Assembly: GCF_003334385.1 (NCBI RefSeq)
Contig: NZ_QOWN01000001.1
Direction: 5' to 3' (one strand)
Source of the DNA: Escherichia coli
Lineage (GTDB): Bacteria > Pseudomonadota > Gammaproteobacteria > Enterobacterales > Enterobacteriaceae
DNA: 64,000 nucleotides
Below, piece after piece: positions 43,631 through 54,198 of the stretch. The notes below the pieces were generated by a model that saw nothing but the letters and a program-made list of their open reading frames with translations, did no database searches and was not told where the DNA came from. Position 1 is the first letter of the stretch; every line of letters starts with the position of its first letter. The position numbers and the translations under genes were made by a program.

Positions 43631-44203
43631 ATGAATGCTATTCCTTATTTCGACTATAGCCTGGCACCCTTCTGGCCGTCTTATCAGAACAAAATCATCG
43701 GTATCCTTGAGCGTGCGCTGCGTGAGCAGTCCGGCTCCCGGATACGACGGATCCTGCTTCGTCTGCCATGTGAATATGACCGTACCTTCAGCAGCAGAAA
43801 GATCTGGTTCGGTATGGACTTTATCGAAACCGTCAGTGCGCTGATGAATGTAACCTCCGGACGTGATCTCTGCTGGCTCCTGACTCGTCATCCTGAAAAG
43901 CCGGAATACCACGTGGTGCTGTGCGTCAGACAGGAGTATTTCGATGGCTCTGAACTGGATCGGCTGATTCTTGATGCCTGGAGCAACGTACTGGGCTTCA
44001 TGTCACCGGGTGAAGCGGCACCGTACCAGAAGCAGATCACCCGGGATGTGGTGCTGGACAGTCGTTCACCGGACTGCGAAGAGATATTTCAAGCGCTGAT
44101 CTGGGCGTTCAGTGATTTCGCCCGCGATCGTCGTGGTGTACGCGATCCGGAAGCCCGTTACCTTGCCGGTAATCCCTGGTATCCGGTAGCAGGCCAGCTC
44201 TGA
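43631..44203 (+). CDS. Inovirus Gp2-like / YagK-YfjJ-family protein (paralog 3)
   Basis: ORF 43487..44203 trimmed to MNAIPYFDY…; RLPCEY…EYHVVLCV pattern. Confidence 0.6.
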   Translation: MNAIPYFDYSLAPFWPSYQNKIIGILERALREQSGSRIRRILLRLPCEYDRTFSSRKIWFGMDFIETVSALMNVTSGRDLCWLLTRHPEKPEYHVVLCVRQEYFDGSELDRLILDAWSNVLGFMSPGEAAPYQKQITRDVVLDSRSPDCEEIFQALIWAFSDFARDRRGVRDPEARYLAGNPWYPVAGQL

Positions 44204-44271
44204 AAACTCCGTTCAGTAGATTCACCCGCATTTGCCCAACCTTCATAAATCTCACAGAGGACATTCTGACC

Positions 44272-44505
44272 ATGTTGACCACAACAAGCCACGACAGCGT
44301 ATTGCTGCGTGCCGACGATCCCCTGATCGACATGAACTACATCACCAGTTTCACTGGCATGACAGATAAATGGTTTTACAAGCTGATCAGTGAAGGTCAT
44401 TTCCCTAAACCCATCAAACTGGGGCGCAGCAGCCGCTGGTACAAAAGTGAGGTGGAGCAGTGGATGCAGCAACGAATCGAGGAATCCCGGGGGGCAGCAG
44501 CATGA
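44272..44505 (+). CDS. alpA: AlpA-family phage/island transcriptional regulator (MerR-like HTH)
   Basis: 77 aa; …YITSFTGMTDKWFYKLISEGHFPKPIKLG.SSRW… typical AlpA. Confidence 0.8.
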   Translation: MLTTTSHDSVLLRADDPLIDMNYITSFTGMTDKWFYKLISEGHFPKPIKLGRSSRWYKSEVEQWMQQRIEESRGAAA

Positions 44506-44657
44506 AACGTGTTGTAATGCCAGTACGCTGGCAATGTGCAAAATGCCAGCGCTGGTATTGTGGAACCCGGCCCTGCCCCTGGTGCTGGCGACATTTACGT
44601 TCATCTTCTTGCAGACATTCTCCAGTCAGCCTGCAGGTTATAGCTATTCCTGACTGA
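44502..44657 (+). CDS. Small cysteine-rich (zinc-ribbon-like) protein, start overlapping the alpA stop (ATGA)
   Basis: 51-aa ORF MKRVVMPVRWQCAKCQRWYCGTRPCPWCW…; CxxC…CxxC spacing; ATG at 44,502-44,504 overlaps the alpA TGA at 44,503-44,505. Confidence 0.35.
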   Translation: MKRVVMPVRWQCAKCQRWYCGTRPCPWCWRHLRSSSCRHSPVSLQVIAIPD

Positions 44658-44847
44658 TTCGTCATTCTATTCTTATTGATTATAACTGGCATTACACCGG
44701 TGCCGGAGTGTTTTTCTGTAAGTCTGCGCCGGTTCAGTAAATTAGAAAAGAAACATCTGTCAACGCCAAGATTGTTAGTCGTTACGCCTTATATCACTGG
44801 CGCTGACATTTATCTGTTTCAGTGAAGCATGCCCACAGATTGAGTTA

Positions 44848-45081
44848 TTAAGTTGTGGAAGAACAGCTCTGCCCCGCCTGCTTCTCTCCTTTCAGAAGCC
44901 AGTATGTTGCCATGCCCCGTCTTAATGGTGAGCGCTGAACCATACCTGCTTTTTCCAGTAATAACAGGTAATAGCGGGCCTGGTAATCCGTTACCGCCAG
45001 CGCCTCCGCAATTTCTGCCGTTTTCCCTCCATCATGCCTGTTCAGAAATTCCAGTATTTCATTCTTCATATATTCACTCAT
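44848..45081 (-). CDS. papI: P-fimbrial regulatory protein PapI
   Basis: 77 aa matching recalled PapI; divergent from papB. Confidence 0.9.
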   Translation of the reverse strand: MSEYMKNEILEFLNRHDGGKTAEIAEALAVTDYQARYYLLLLEKAGMVQRSPLRRGMATYWLLKGEKQAGQSCSSTT

Positions 45082-45283
45082 CTCACTGTAACAAAGTTTC
45101 TTCGAATAATAAAAATCATGCTTTCTGTTATCAACGGAAAGGTATTTTTATTCTCTGTGTTTGCTGTGTTTGCTTTATTTGTGCAATTTAGTGAATTTGC
45201 TTTTTATTGGCTTTATTTGATATGTATCACATTTTGCGTTTTATTTTTCTGTGAAAAGAAAGTCCGTAAAAATGCATTTAGAC

Positions 45284-45389
45284 GATCTTTTATGCTGTAA
45301 ATTCAATTTACTATGATGTTTTTATCTGAGTGCATTCTTATTATTAGTGTTTTATTCTAGTTTAATTTTGTTTTGTGGGTTAAAAGATC
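45284..45389. promoter_or_regulatory. pap phase-variation switch region with two Dam GATC sites spaced 102 bp apart
   Basis: GATC at 45,284-45,287 and 45,386-45,389 in the papI-papB intergenic region; the spacing matches the known pap switch. Confidence 0.8.
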
Positions 45390-45494
45390 GTTTAAATCAA
45401 CATTTACAACATAAAAAACTAAATTTAACTTATTGCATGAAGAGTATTTCCGGGCCGGAAGCATATATCCAGGGGCCCGACAGAAGGGGGAAAC

Positions 45495-45809
45495 ATGGCG
45501 CATCATGAAGTCATCAGCCGGTCAGGAAATGCGTTTTTGCTGAATATACGCGAGAGCGTACTGTTGCCCGGCTCTATGTCTGAAATGCATTTTTTTTTAC
45601 TGATAGGTATTTCTTCTATTCACAGTGACAGGGTCATTCTGGCTATGAAGGACTATCTGGTAGGTGGGCACTCCCGTAAGGAGGTCTGCGAGAAATACCA
45701 GATGAATAATGGGTATTTCAGTACAACACTGGGGAGACTTATACGGCTGAATGCTCTTGCAGCAAGGCTTGCACCTTATTATACAGATGAGTCGTCGGCA
45801 TTTGACTAA
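45495..45809 (+). CDS. papB: P-fimbrial regulatory protein PapB
   Basis: 104 aa matching recalled PapB. Confidence 0.9.
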   Translation: MAHHEVISRSGNAFLLNIRESVLLPGSMSEMHFFLLIGISSIHSDRVILAMKDYLVGGHSRKEVCEKYQMNNGYFSTTLGRLIRLNALAARLAPYYTDESSAFD

Positions 45810-46016
45810 ATTATGGCATTCCGGAGTTTCTGGAAGATAAAAAAAGAAGCCCTTATCAGAAAGCAGACAGGTTATATCAGTATTTTGTCGATAAATAACC
45901 TGCCCTGAAAATACGAGAATATTATTTGTATTGATCTGGTTATTAAAGGTAATCGGGTCATTTTAAATTGCCAGATATCTCTGGTGTGTTTAGTAATGAA
46001 AAAGAGGTTGTTATTT

Positions 46017-46583
46017 ATGATTAAGTCGGTTATTGCCGGTGCGGTAGCTATGGCAGTGGTGTCTTTTGGTGTAAATGCTGCTCCAACTATTCCACAGGGC
46101 CAGGGAGAAGTAACTTTCAAAGGAACTGTTGTTGACGCTCCATGTGGTATTGAAACGCAGTCTGCAAAACAGGAAATTGATTTTGGCCAGATCTCTAAAT
46201 CCTTCCTGCAGGAGGGCGGGGAAAGCCAGCCAAAAGATCTGAATATTAAGCTTGTAAATTGCGATATCACAAATTTTAAAAAAGTAACTGGTGGTGGGGC
46301 AGCCAAAGCAGGAAGGGTGGCTCTGACTTTTTCCGGCGTATCCAGTGGGAACAATAAAGATATGCTGCAAACAGTTGGCGCAACTAATACAGCTATCGTT
46401 GTTGTCGCTCCGGATGGCGAACGTGTGAAGTTTGATGGGGCGACCACTACCGGTCCTTCAAATCTGGTTGATGGTGATAACACGATTCATTTTACTGCTG
46501 CGGTCAGAAAGGATGATAGTGGCAAGGATGTAGCTGAAGGTGCCTTCTCAGCAGTTGCGAATTTCAACCTGACTTATCAGTAA
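46017..46583 (+). CDS. papA: P-fimbrial major pilin PapA
   Basis: Start at MIKSVIAGAV (Shine-Dalgarno aagagg at 46,002-46,007); C-terminus …GAFSAVANFNLTYQ identical to recalled PapA. Confidence 0.9.
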   Translation: MIKSVIAGAVAMAVVSFGVNAAPTIPQGQGEVTFKGTVVDAPCGIETQSAKQEIDFGQISKSFLQEGGESQPKDLNIKLVNCDITNFKKVTGGGAAKAGRVALTFSGVSSGNNKDMLQTVGATNTAIVVVAPDGERVKFDGATTTGPSNLVDGDNTIHFTAAVRKDDSGKDVAEGAFSAVANFNLTYQ

Positions 46584-46608
46584 CAGTAATACGATAATCT
46601 GGTCCGGT

Positions 46609-46633
46609 AAACAGCGGAAATATTCCGCTGTTT
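46609..46633 (+). terminator. papA-papH intergenic stem-loop (mRNA-stabilising terminator)
   Basis: aaacagcgg-aaatatt-ccgctgttt followed by a T-rich tract. Confidence 0.6.
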
Positions 46634-46652
46634 ATTTCTCAGGGTATTTATC

Positions 46653-47240
46653 ATGAGACTGCGATTCTCTGTTCCACTTTTCTTTTTTTGCTGTGTGTTT
46701 GTTCATGGTGTTTTTGCCGGTCCGTTTCCTCCGCCCGGCATGTCCCTTCCTGAATACTGGGGAGAAGAACACGTATGGTGGGACGGCAGGGCTGCTTTTC
46801 ATGGTGAGGTTGTCAGACCTGCCTGTACTCTGGCGATGGAAGACGCCTGGCAGATTATCGATATGGGGGAAACCCCGGTTCGGGATTTACAGAATGGTTT
46901 CTCCGGACCTGAAAGAAAATTCAGCCTCCGGCTCAGGAACTGTGAATTTAACAGTCAGGGTGGGAACCTTTTCTCTGATTCCCGGATAAGGGTGACTTTC
47001 GATGGCGTCCGGGGGGAAACGCCGGATAAGTTTAATTTATCCGGTCAGGCAAAAGGCATTAATCTGCAGATAGCTGATGCCAGGGGGAATATTGCCCGGG
47101 CAGGGAAAGTAATGCCTGCAATACCATTGACGGGTAATGAAGAAGCGCTGGATTACACCCTCAGAATTGTGCGAAACGGAAAAAAACTTGAAGCCGGAAA
47201 TTATTTTGCCGTGCTGGGATTCCGGGTCGATTATGAGTGA
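46653..47240 (+). CDS. papH: Pilus terminator/anchor subunit PapH
   Basis: 195 aa matching recalled PapH. Confidence 0.88.
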   Translation: MRLRFSVPLFFFCCVFVHGVFAGPFPPPGMSLPEYWGEEHVWWDGRAAFHGEVVRPACTLAMEDAWQIIDMGETPVRDLQNGFSGPERKFSLRLRNCEFNSQGGNLFSDSRIRVTFDGVRGETPDKFNLSGQAKGINLQIADARGNIARAGKVMPAIPLTGNEEALDYTLRIVRNGKKLEAGNYFAVLGFRVDYE

Positions 47241-47298
47241 GTCACTCCGGTGAGATGTCCGGTTATTTATCTTTTTTGTGAATCTGGTGATGCGTGGA

Positions 47299-49809
47299 AT
47301 GAAAGACAGAATACCTTTTGCAGTCAACAATATTACCTGTGTGATATTGTTGTCTCTGTTTTGTAACGCAGCCAGTGCCGTTGAGTTTAATACAGATGTA
47401 CTTGACGCGGCGGACAAGAAAAATATTGACTTCACCCGTTTTTCAGAAGCCGGCTATGTTCTGCCGGGGCAATATCTTCTGGATGTGATTGTTAACGGGC
47501 AAAGTATTTCTCCCGCATCGTTACAGATTTCATTTGTTGAACCTCAGTCGTCAGGAGATAAGGCAGAAAAAAAATTGCCACAGGCCTGCCTGACATCAGA
47601 TATGGTCAGACTGATGGGGTTAACAGCAGAATCTCTGGATAAAGTTGTTTACTGGCATGATGGTCAGTGTGCGGATTTTCATGGGTTGCCGGGAGTGGAT
47701 ATTCGTCCTGATACCGGAGCGGGCGTATTACGCATCAATATGCCGCAGGCCTGGCTTGAGTATTCTGATGCCACCTGGCTGCCTCCCTCACGCTGGGACG
47801 ACGGCATTCCCGGACTGATGCTGGATTATAACCTCAACGGGACGGTTTCCCGTAATTATCAGGGAGGAGACTCTCATCAGTTCAGTTATAACGGGACTGT
47901 GGGGGGGAATCTGGGGCCCTGGCGCCTGCGGGCTGACTATCAGGGAAGCCAGGAGCAGAGCCGCTACAACGGGGAAAAAACGACAAACAGAAATTTCACA
48001 TGGAGTCGCTTTTATCTGTTCCGTGCCATTCCACGATGGCGGGCAAACCTGACGCTGGGCGAGAATAATATCAACTCAGATATATTCCGGTCATGGAGTT
48101 ATACGGGAGCCAGCCTGGAAAGCGATGACCGGATGCTGCCACCCAGACTGCGAGGCTATGCACCGCAGATTACCGGGATTGCGGAGACTAATGCCCGTGT
48201 TGTGGTGTCGCAGCAGGGACGGGTGCTGTACGACTCGATGGTCCCCGCAGGGCCATTCAGTATTCAGGACCTGGACAGTTCAGTTCGCGGACGTCTTGAT
48301 GTTGAGGTTATTGAACAGAACGGACGGAAGAAAACCTTTCAGGTCGATACGGCCTCGGTTCCTTATCTGACGCGTCCGGGACAGGTCCGGTATAAACTTG
48401 TCTCCGGTCGTTCCCGCGGATACGGGCATGAGACCGAAGGGCCTGTATTTGCGACCGGAGAGGCGTCCTGGGGGCTCAGTAACCAGTGGTCGCTGTATGG
48501 CGGGGCTGTGCTTGCCGGTGATTATAATGCACTGGCAGCCGGTGCCGGCTGGGACCTGGGTGTGCCGGGGACCCTTTCCGCTGATATCACGCAGTCAGTA
48601 GCCCGTATTGAGGGAGAGAGAACGTTTCAGGGAAAATCCTGGCGTCTTAGCTACTCCAAACGGTTTGATAATGCGGATGCCGACATTACGTTCGCCGGGT
48701 ATCGTTTCTCAGAGCGAAACTATATGACCATGGAGCAGTACCTGAACGCCCGCTACCGTAATGATTACAGCAGTCGGGAAAAAGAGATGTATACCGTTAC
48801 GCTGAATAAAAACGTGGCGGACTGGAACACCTCTTTTAACCTGCAGTACAGCCGTCAGACATACTGGGACATACGGAAAACGGACTATTATACGGTGAGC
48901 GTCAACCGCTACTTTAATGTTTTCGGACTGCAGGGCGTGGCGGTTGGATTGTCAGCCTCAAGGTCTAAATATCTGGGGCGTGATAACGATTCTGCTTACC
49001 TGCGTATATCCGTGCCGCTGGGGACGGGGACTGCGAGCTACAGTGGCAGTATGAGTAATGACCGTTATGTGAATATGGCCGGCTACACTGACACGTTCAA
49101 TGACGGTCTGGACAGCTACAGCCTGAACGCCGGCCTTAACAGTGGCGGTGGACTGACATCGCAACGTCAGATTAATGCCTATTACAGTCATCGTAGTCCG
49201 CTGGCAAATTTGTCCGCGAATATTGCATCCCTGCAGAAAGGATATACGTCTTTCGGCGTCAGTGCTTCCGGTGGGGCAACAATTACCGGAAAAGGTGCGG
49301 CGTTACATGCAGGGGGAATGTCCGGTGGAACACGTCTTCTTGTTGACACGGATGGTGTGGGAGGTGTACCGGTTGATGGCGGGCAGGTGGTGACAAATCG
49401 CTGGGGAACGGGCGTGGTGACTGACATCAGCAGTTATTACCGGAATACAACCTCTGTTGACCTGAAGCGCTTACCGGATGATGTGGAAGCAACCCGTTCT
49501 GTTGTGGAATCGGCGCTGACAGAAGGTGCCATTGGTTACCGGAAATTCAGCGTGCTTAAAGGGAAACGTCTGTTTGCAATACTGCGTCTTGCTGATGGCT
49601 CTCAGCCCCCGTTTGGTGCCAGTGTAACCAGTGAAAAAGGCCGGGAGCTGGGCATGGTGGCCGACGAAGGCCTTGCCTGGCTGAGTGGCGTGACGCCGGG
49701 GGAAACCCTGTCGGTAAACTGGGATGGAAAAATACAGTGTCAGGTAAATGTACCGGAGACAGCAATATCTGACCAGCAGTTATTGCTTCCCTGTACGCCT
49801 CAGAAATAA
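47299..49809 (+). CDS. papC: Outer-membrane usher PapC
   Basis: ORF 47278..49809 trimmed to MKDRIPFAVNN (836 aa); usher family. Confidence 0.9.
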   Translation: MKDRIPFAVNNITCVILLSLFCNAASAVEFNTDVLDAADKKNIDFTRFSEAGYVLPGQYLLDVIVNGQSISPASLQISFVEPQSSGDKAEKKLPQACLTSDMVRLMGLTAESLDKVVYWHDGQCADFHGLPGVDIRPDTGAGVLRINMPQAWLEYSDATWLPPSRWDDGIPGLMLDYNLNGTVSRNYQGGDSHQFSYNGTVGGNLGPWRLRADYQGSQEQSRYNGEKTTNRNFTWSRFYLFRAIPRWRANLTLGENNINSDIFRSWSYTGASLESDDRMLPPRLRGYAPQITGIAETNARVVVSQQGRVLYDSMVPAGPFSIQDLDSSVRGRLDVEVIEQNGRKKTFQVDTASVPYLTRPGQVRYKLVSGRSRGYGHETEGPVFATGEASWGLSNQWSLYGGAVLAGDYNALAAGAGWDLGVPGTLSADITQSVARIEGERTFQGKSWRLSYSKRFDNADADITFAGYRFSERNYMTMEQYLNARYRNDYSSREKEMYTVTLNKNVADWNTSFNLQYSRQTYWDIRKTDYYTVSVNRYFNVFGLQGVAVGLSASRSKYLGRDNDSAYLRISVPLGTGTASYSGSMSNDRYVNMAGYTDTFNDGLDSYSLNAGLNSGGGLTSQRQINAYYSHRSPLANLSANIASLQKGYTSFGVSASGGATITGKGAALHAGGMSGGTRLLVDTDGVGGVPVDGGQVVTNRWGTGVVTDISSYYRNTTSVDLKRLPDDVEATRSVVESALTEGAIGYRKFSVLKGKRLFAILRLADGSQPPFGASVTSEKGRELGMVADEGLAWLSGVTPGETLSVNWDGKIQCQVNVPETAISDQQLLLPCTPQK

Positions 49810-49897
49810 ATGAAAGTCCGGAATATTAACGGCTGATGAATGCGGTTATGCCATTTTCCGGACCAGGTGAAATTACAGAATGTGGAAATTAAGTATG

Positions 49898-50614
49898 ATT
49901 CGAAAAAAGATTCTGATGGCTGCCATCCCCCTGTTTGTTATATCCGGGGCAGACGCTGCTGTTTCGCTGGACAGAACCCGCGCGGTGTTTGACGGGAGTG
50001 AGAAGTCAATGACGCTTGATATCTCCAATGATAACAAACAACTGCCCTATCTTGCTCAGGCATGGATAGAAAATGAAAATCAGGAAAAAATTATTGCAGG
50101 GCCGGTTATTGCCACCCCTCCGGTTCAGCGCCTTGAGCCGGGTGCGAAAAGCATGGTCAGGCTGAGTACCACACCGGATATCAGTAAACTTCCTCAGGAC
50201 AGGGAATCACTGTTTTATTTTAATCTCCGGGAAATACCGCCGAGGAGTGAAAAGGCCAATGTACTGCAGATAGCCTTACAGACCAAAATAAAGCTTTTTT
50301 ATCGCCCGGCAGCAATTAAAACCAGACCAAATGAAGTATGGCAGGACCAGTTAATTCTGAACAAAGTCAGCGGTGGGTATCGTATTGAAAACCCAACGCC
50401 CTATTATGTCACTGTTATTGGTCTGGGAGGAAGTGAAAAGCAGGCAGAGGAAGGTGAGTTTGAAACCGTGATGCTGTCTCCCCGTTCAGAGCAGACAGTA
50501 AAATCGGCAAATTATAATACCCCTTATCTGTCTTATATTAACGACTATGGTGGTCGCCCGGTACTGTCGTTTATCTGTAATGGCAGCCGTTGCTCTGTGA
50601 AAAAAGAGAAATAA
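49898..50614 (+). CDS. papD: Periplasmic chaperone PapD
   Basis: Start at MIRKKILMAAIPLFV; 238 aa. Confidence 0.9.
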   Translation: MRKKILMAAIPLFVISGADAAVSLDRTRAVFDGSEKSMTLDISNDNKQLPYLAQAWIENENQEKIIAGPVIATPPVQRLEPGAKSMVRLSTTPDISKLPQDRESLFYFNLREIPPRSEKANVLQIALQTKIKLFYRPAAIKTRPNEVWQDQLILNKVSGGYRIENPTPYYVTVIGLGGSEKQAEEGEFETVMLSPRSEQTVKSANYNTPYLSYINDYGGRPVLSFICNGSRCSVKKEK

Positions 50615-50650
50615 TGTACCGCAATAACGGTTAAATGCGGGTGGGATATT

Positions 50651-51232
50651 ATGGTTGTGAATAAAACAACAGCAGTACTGTATCTTATTGCACTGTCGCT
50701 GAGTGGTTTCATCCATACTTTCCTGCGGGCTGAAGAGCGGGGTATATACGATGACGTCTTTACTGCAGATGAGTTGCATCATTACCGGATAAATGAACGG
50801 GGGGGACGCACCGGAAGCCTGGCAGTCAGTGGTGCACTGCTGTCCTCACCCTGCACGCTGGTGAGTAATGAGGTGCCGTTAAGCCTCCGGCCGGAAAATC
50901 ACTCTGCGTCAGCCGGAGCACCTCTGATGCTGAGGCTGGCAGGATGTGGGGACGGTGGTGCACTTCAGCCCGGAAAACGGGGCGTTGCGATGACAGTCTC
51001 CGGCTCACTGGTAACCGGTCCCGGAACCGGAAGTGCTTTACTTCCTGACCGTAAGCTATCCGGCTGTGACCATCTTGTTATACATGATGGTGATACCTTT
51101 TTACTGTGCCGGCCTGACCGGCGGCAGGAGGAGATGCTGACTGCCTGGAGGAAAAGGGCGACACAGGAGGGTGAGTATTCTGATGCCAGGAGCAATCCGG
51201 CCATGCTGCGTCTGAGCATAAAATATGAGTAA
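50651..51232 (+). CDS. papJ: Pilus assembly protein PapJ
   Basis: 193 aa in the expected position. Confidence 0.8.
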   Translation: MVVNKTTAVLYLIALSLSGFIHTFLRAEERGIYDDVFTADELHHYRINERGGRTGSLAVSGALLSSPCTLVSNEVPLSLRPENHSASAGAPLMLRLAGCGDGGALQPGKRGVAMTVSGSLVTGPGTGSALLPDRKLSGCDHLVIHDGDTFLLCRPDRRQEEMLTAWRKRATQEGEYSDARSNPAMLRLSIKYE

Positions 51233-51238
51233 GGGAAT

Positions 51239-51778
51239 GTGATGATAAAAAGCACAGGCGCTCTTTTACTGTTTGCCGCACTGTCTGCCGGACAGGCAAT
51301 AGCCTCAGATGTGGCATTCAGGGGTAATCTGCTTGACAGACCCTGCCATGTGTCCGGTGACAGTCTGAATAAACATGTCGTCTTCAAAACCCGCGCGTCC
51401 AGGGATTTCTGGTATCCGCCCGGACGTTCGCCGACAGAGTCGTTTGTCATCAGGCTGGAAAACTGCCATGCAACAGCAGTTGGCAAAATTGTGACCCTGA
51501 CCTTTAAGGGGAGGGAGGAGGCGGCCCTCCCGGGCCATCTGAAGGTAACCGGAGTGAATTCCGGCCGGTTAGGCATTGCACTGCTGGACACCGATGGCAG
51601 CAGTCTGCTGAAACCCGGCGCTTCCCATAACAAAGGCCAGGGGGAAAAGGTTACCGGAAACAGTCTTGAGCTTCCTTTCGGCGCGTATGTTGTGGCAACG
51701 CCGGAAGCCCTGCGGACGAAGAGTGTGGTACCCGGTGATTATGAAGCAACAGCCACGTTTGAATTGACATATCGTTAG
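51239..51778 (+). CDS. papK: Pilus adaptor subunit PapK
   Basis: Pilin-like with signal peptide. Confidence 0.85.
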   Translation: MMIKSTGALLLFAALSAGQAIASDVAFRGNLLDRPCHVSGDSLNKHVVFKTRASRDFWYPPGRSPTESFVIRLENCHATAVGKIVTLTFKGREEAALPGHLKVTGVNSGRLGIALLDTDGSSLLKPGASHNKGQGEKVTGNSLELPFGAYVVATPEALRTKSVVPGDYEATATFELTYR

Positions 51779-51804
51779 CAAAATTTTTGTACAGGATATT
51801 TCAG

Positions 51805-52326
51805 ATGAAAAAGATAAGAGGTTTGTGTCTTCCGGTAATGCTGGGGGCAGTGTTAATGTCTCAGCATGTACATGCAGCTGATAATCTGACCTTTAAAGGA
51901 AAACTGATTATTCCTGCCTGTACTGTACAAAATGCTGAAGTTAACTGGGGTGATATTGAAATTCAGAAGCTGGTACCGAGTGGCGGAAATCAGAAAGACT
52001 TTACCGTCGACATGAACTGCCCCTATAGCCTGGGAACCATGAAAGTTACAATAACATCAAATGGTCAGACAGGTAATTCGATACTGGTGCCTAATACTTC
52101 AACCGCTTCTGGTGATGGGCTGCTCATTTATCTTTACAATAGTAATAACAGTGGTATTGGTAACGCTGTCACTTTAGGGAGTCAGTTTACGCCCGGAAAA
52201 ATTACAGGAACAGCACCAGCCAGAAAGATTACTCTTTACGCAAAACTTGGATATAAAGGAAATATGCAGAGTTTGAGGGCGGGAACATTTTCTGCAACGG
52301 CAACGCTGGTTGCATCATATTCGTAA
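51805..52326 (+). CDS. papE: Tip fibrillum major subunit PapE
   Basis: Start at [13 protein letters not shown]; pilin-like. Confidence 0.85.
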   Translation: MKKIRGLCLPVMLGAVLMSQHVHAADNLTFKGKLIIPACTVQNAEVNWGDIEIQKLVPSGGNQKDFTVDMNCPYSLGTMKVTITSNGQTGNSILVPNTSTASGDGLLIYLYNSNNSGIGNAVTLGSQFTPGKITGTAPARKITLYAKLGYKGNMQSLRAGTFSATATLVASYS

Positions 52327-52400
52327 TAGTATCAACTAAAATACGTTAATTTTATATCTCGTAAAATAAAATGTTTTCTGTGCCGCTCTCCGGAGGGGGG

Positions 52401-52901
52401 ATGATTCGTTTATCATTATTTATATCGTTGCTTCTGACATCGGTCGCTGTACTGGCTGATGTGCAGATTAACATCAGGGGAAATGTTTATATCCCCCCAT
52501 GCACCATTAATAACGGGCAGAATATTGTTGTCGATTTTGGGAATATTAATCCTGAGCACGTGGACAACTCACGTGGTGAAATCACAAAAACCATAAGCAT
52601 ATCCTGTACGTATAAGAGTGGCTCACCCTGGATAAAGGTCACAGGTAATGCAATGGCTGGGCAGACTAATGTACTGGCAACAAATATAGCCAATTTTGGT
52701 ATAGCGTTGTATCAGGGAAAAGGAATGTCAACACCTCTTACATTAGGTAATGGTTCAGGAAATGGTTACAGAGTGACAGCAGGTCTGGACACAGCACGTT
52801 CAACGTTCACCTTTACTTCAGTGCCCTTTCGTAATGGCAGCAGGACACTGAATGGCGGGGATTTCCGGACCACGGCCAGTATGAGCATGATTTATAACTG
52901 A
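52401..52901 (+). CDS. papF: Tip adaptor subunit PapF
   Basis: Start at MIRLSLFISLLLTSVAVLA; matches recalled PapF. Confidence 0.85.
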   Translation: MIRLSLFISLLLTSVAVLADVQINIRGNVYIPPCTINNGQNIVVDFGNINPEHVDNSRGEITKTISISCTYKSGSPWIKVTGNAMAGQTNVLATNIANFGIALYQGKGMSTPLTLGNGSGNGYRVTAGLDTARSTFTFTSVPFRNGSRTLNGGDFRTTASMSMIYN

Positions 52902-52944
52902 GTCATACCTAAATGAATAACTGTAATTACGGAAGTGATTTCTG

Positions 52945-53955
52945 ATGAAAAAATGGTTCCCAGCTTTGTTATTTTCCTTGTGTGTGTCTGGTGAGTCCTC
53001 TGCATGGAATAATATTGTCTTTTACTCCCTTGGAAACGTTAACTCTTATCAGGGAGGGAATGTGGTGATTACTCAAAGGCCACAATTTATAACTTCGTGG
53101 CGCCCGGGCATTGCTACGGTAACCTGGAATCAGTGTAATGGTCCTGGGTTTGCTGATGGTTCCTGGGCTTACTACAGGGAGTATATTGCGTGGGTAGTAT
53201 TCCCCAAAAAGGTTATGACCAAAAATGGATATCCCTTATTTATTGAGGTTCATAATAAAGGTAGCTGGAGTGAGGAGAATACTGGTGACAATGACAGCTA
53301 TTTTTTTCTCAAGGGGTATAAGTGGGATGAGCGGGCCTTTGATGCAGGTAATTTGTGTCAGAAACCAGGAGAAACAACCCGTCTGACTGAGAAATTTGAC
53401 GATATTATTTTTAAAGTCGCCCTACCTGCAGATCTTCCTTTAGGGGATTATTCTGTTACAATTCCATACACTTCCGGCATGCAGCGTCATTTCGCGAGTT
53501 ACTTGGGGGCCCGTTTTAAAATCCCATACAATGTGGCCAAAACTCTCCCAAGAGAGAATGAAATGTTATTCTTATTTAAGAATATCGGCGGATGCCGTCC
53601 TTCTGCACAGTCTCTGGAAATAAAGCATGGTGATCTGTCTATTAATAGCGCTAATAATCATTATGCGGCTCAGACTCTTTCTGTGTCTTGCGATGTGCCT
53701 GCAAATATTCGTTTTATGCTGTTAAGAAATACAACTCCGACATACAGCCATGGTAAGAAATTTTCGGTTGGTCTGGGGCATGGCTGGGACTCCATTGTTT
53801 CGGTTAACGGGGTGGACACAGGAGAGACAACGATGAGATGGTACAAAGCAGGTACACAAAACCTGACCATCGGCAGTCGCCTCTATGGTGAATCTTCAAA
53901 GATACAACCAGGAGTACTATCTGGTTCAGCAACGCTGCTCATGATATTGCCATAA
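52945..53955 (+). CDS. papG: P-fimbrial tip adhesin PapG, apparently class III (PrsG-like) allele
   Basis: 336 aa; N-terminus MKKWFPALLFSLCVSGESSAWNNIVFYSLG… matches my recollection of the allele III variant; allele class not certain. Confidence 0.85.
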   Translation: MKKWFPALLFSLCVSGESSAWNNIVFYSLGNVNSYQGGNVVITQRPQFITSWRPGIATVTWNQCNGPGFADGSWAYYREYIAWVVFPKKVMTKNGYPLFIEVHNKGSWSEENTGDNDSYFFLKGYKWDERAFDAGNLCQKPGETTRLTEKFDDIIFKVALPADLPLGDYSVTIPYTSGMQRHFASYLGARFKIPYNVAKTLPRENEMLFLFKNIGGCRPSAQSLEIKHGDLSINSANNHYAAQTLSVSCDVPANIRFMLLRNTTPTYSHGKKFSVGLGHGWDSIVSVNGVDTGETTMRWYKAGTQNLTIGSRLYGESSKIQPGVLSGSATLLMILP

Positions 53956-54198
53956 ATGGTTTATCCGGAGCCGGATAGAGTGTTGTGGATATCTGGGATG
54001 CCCCGGGAAGTCACCTTTCAGCCACTTCATTTATGGATTATACGCGGCCTGCACTGAGTTACGTCCATGTAGCTCATCTGACGTTCAGCCGCTTTATCTC
54101 GTGCTGTTCTGGTCTCAATACTTCCATGCCGTTGCAATTACCTCTTAAACCATTCCTTACCATTTTCATGTCTTCGATAAGAAATCTTCATCATGCAT

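Noticed and set aside
44109..44692. Multiple overlapping ORFs on both strands around alpA (44109..44333, 44158..44604, 44390..44653, 44397..44594, 44414..44692)
   Set aside because: They overlap the well-supported alpA and Gp2-like genes in alternative frames; only the alpA-coupled small ORF at 44,502 was retained, at low confidence.
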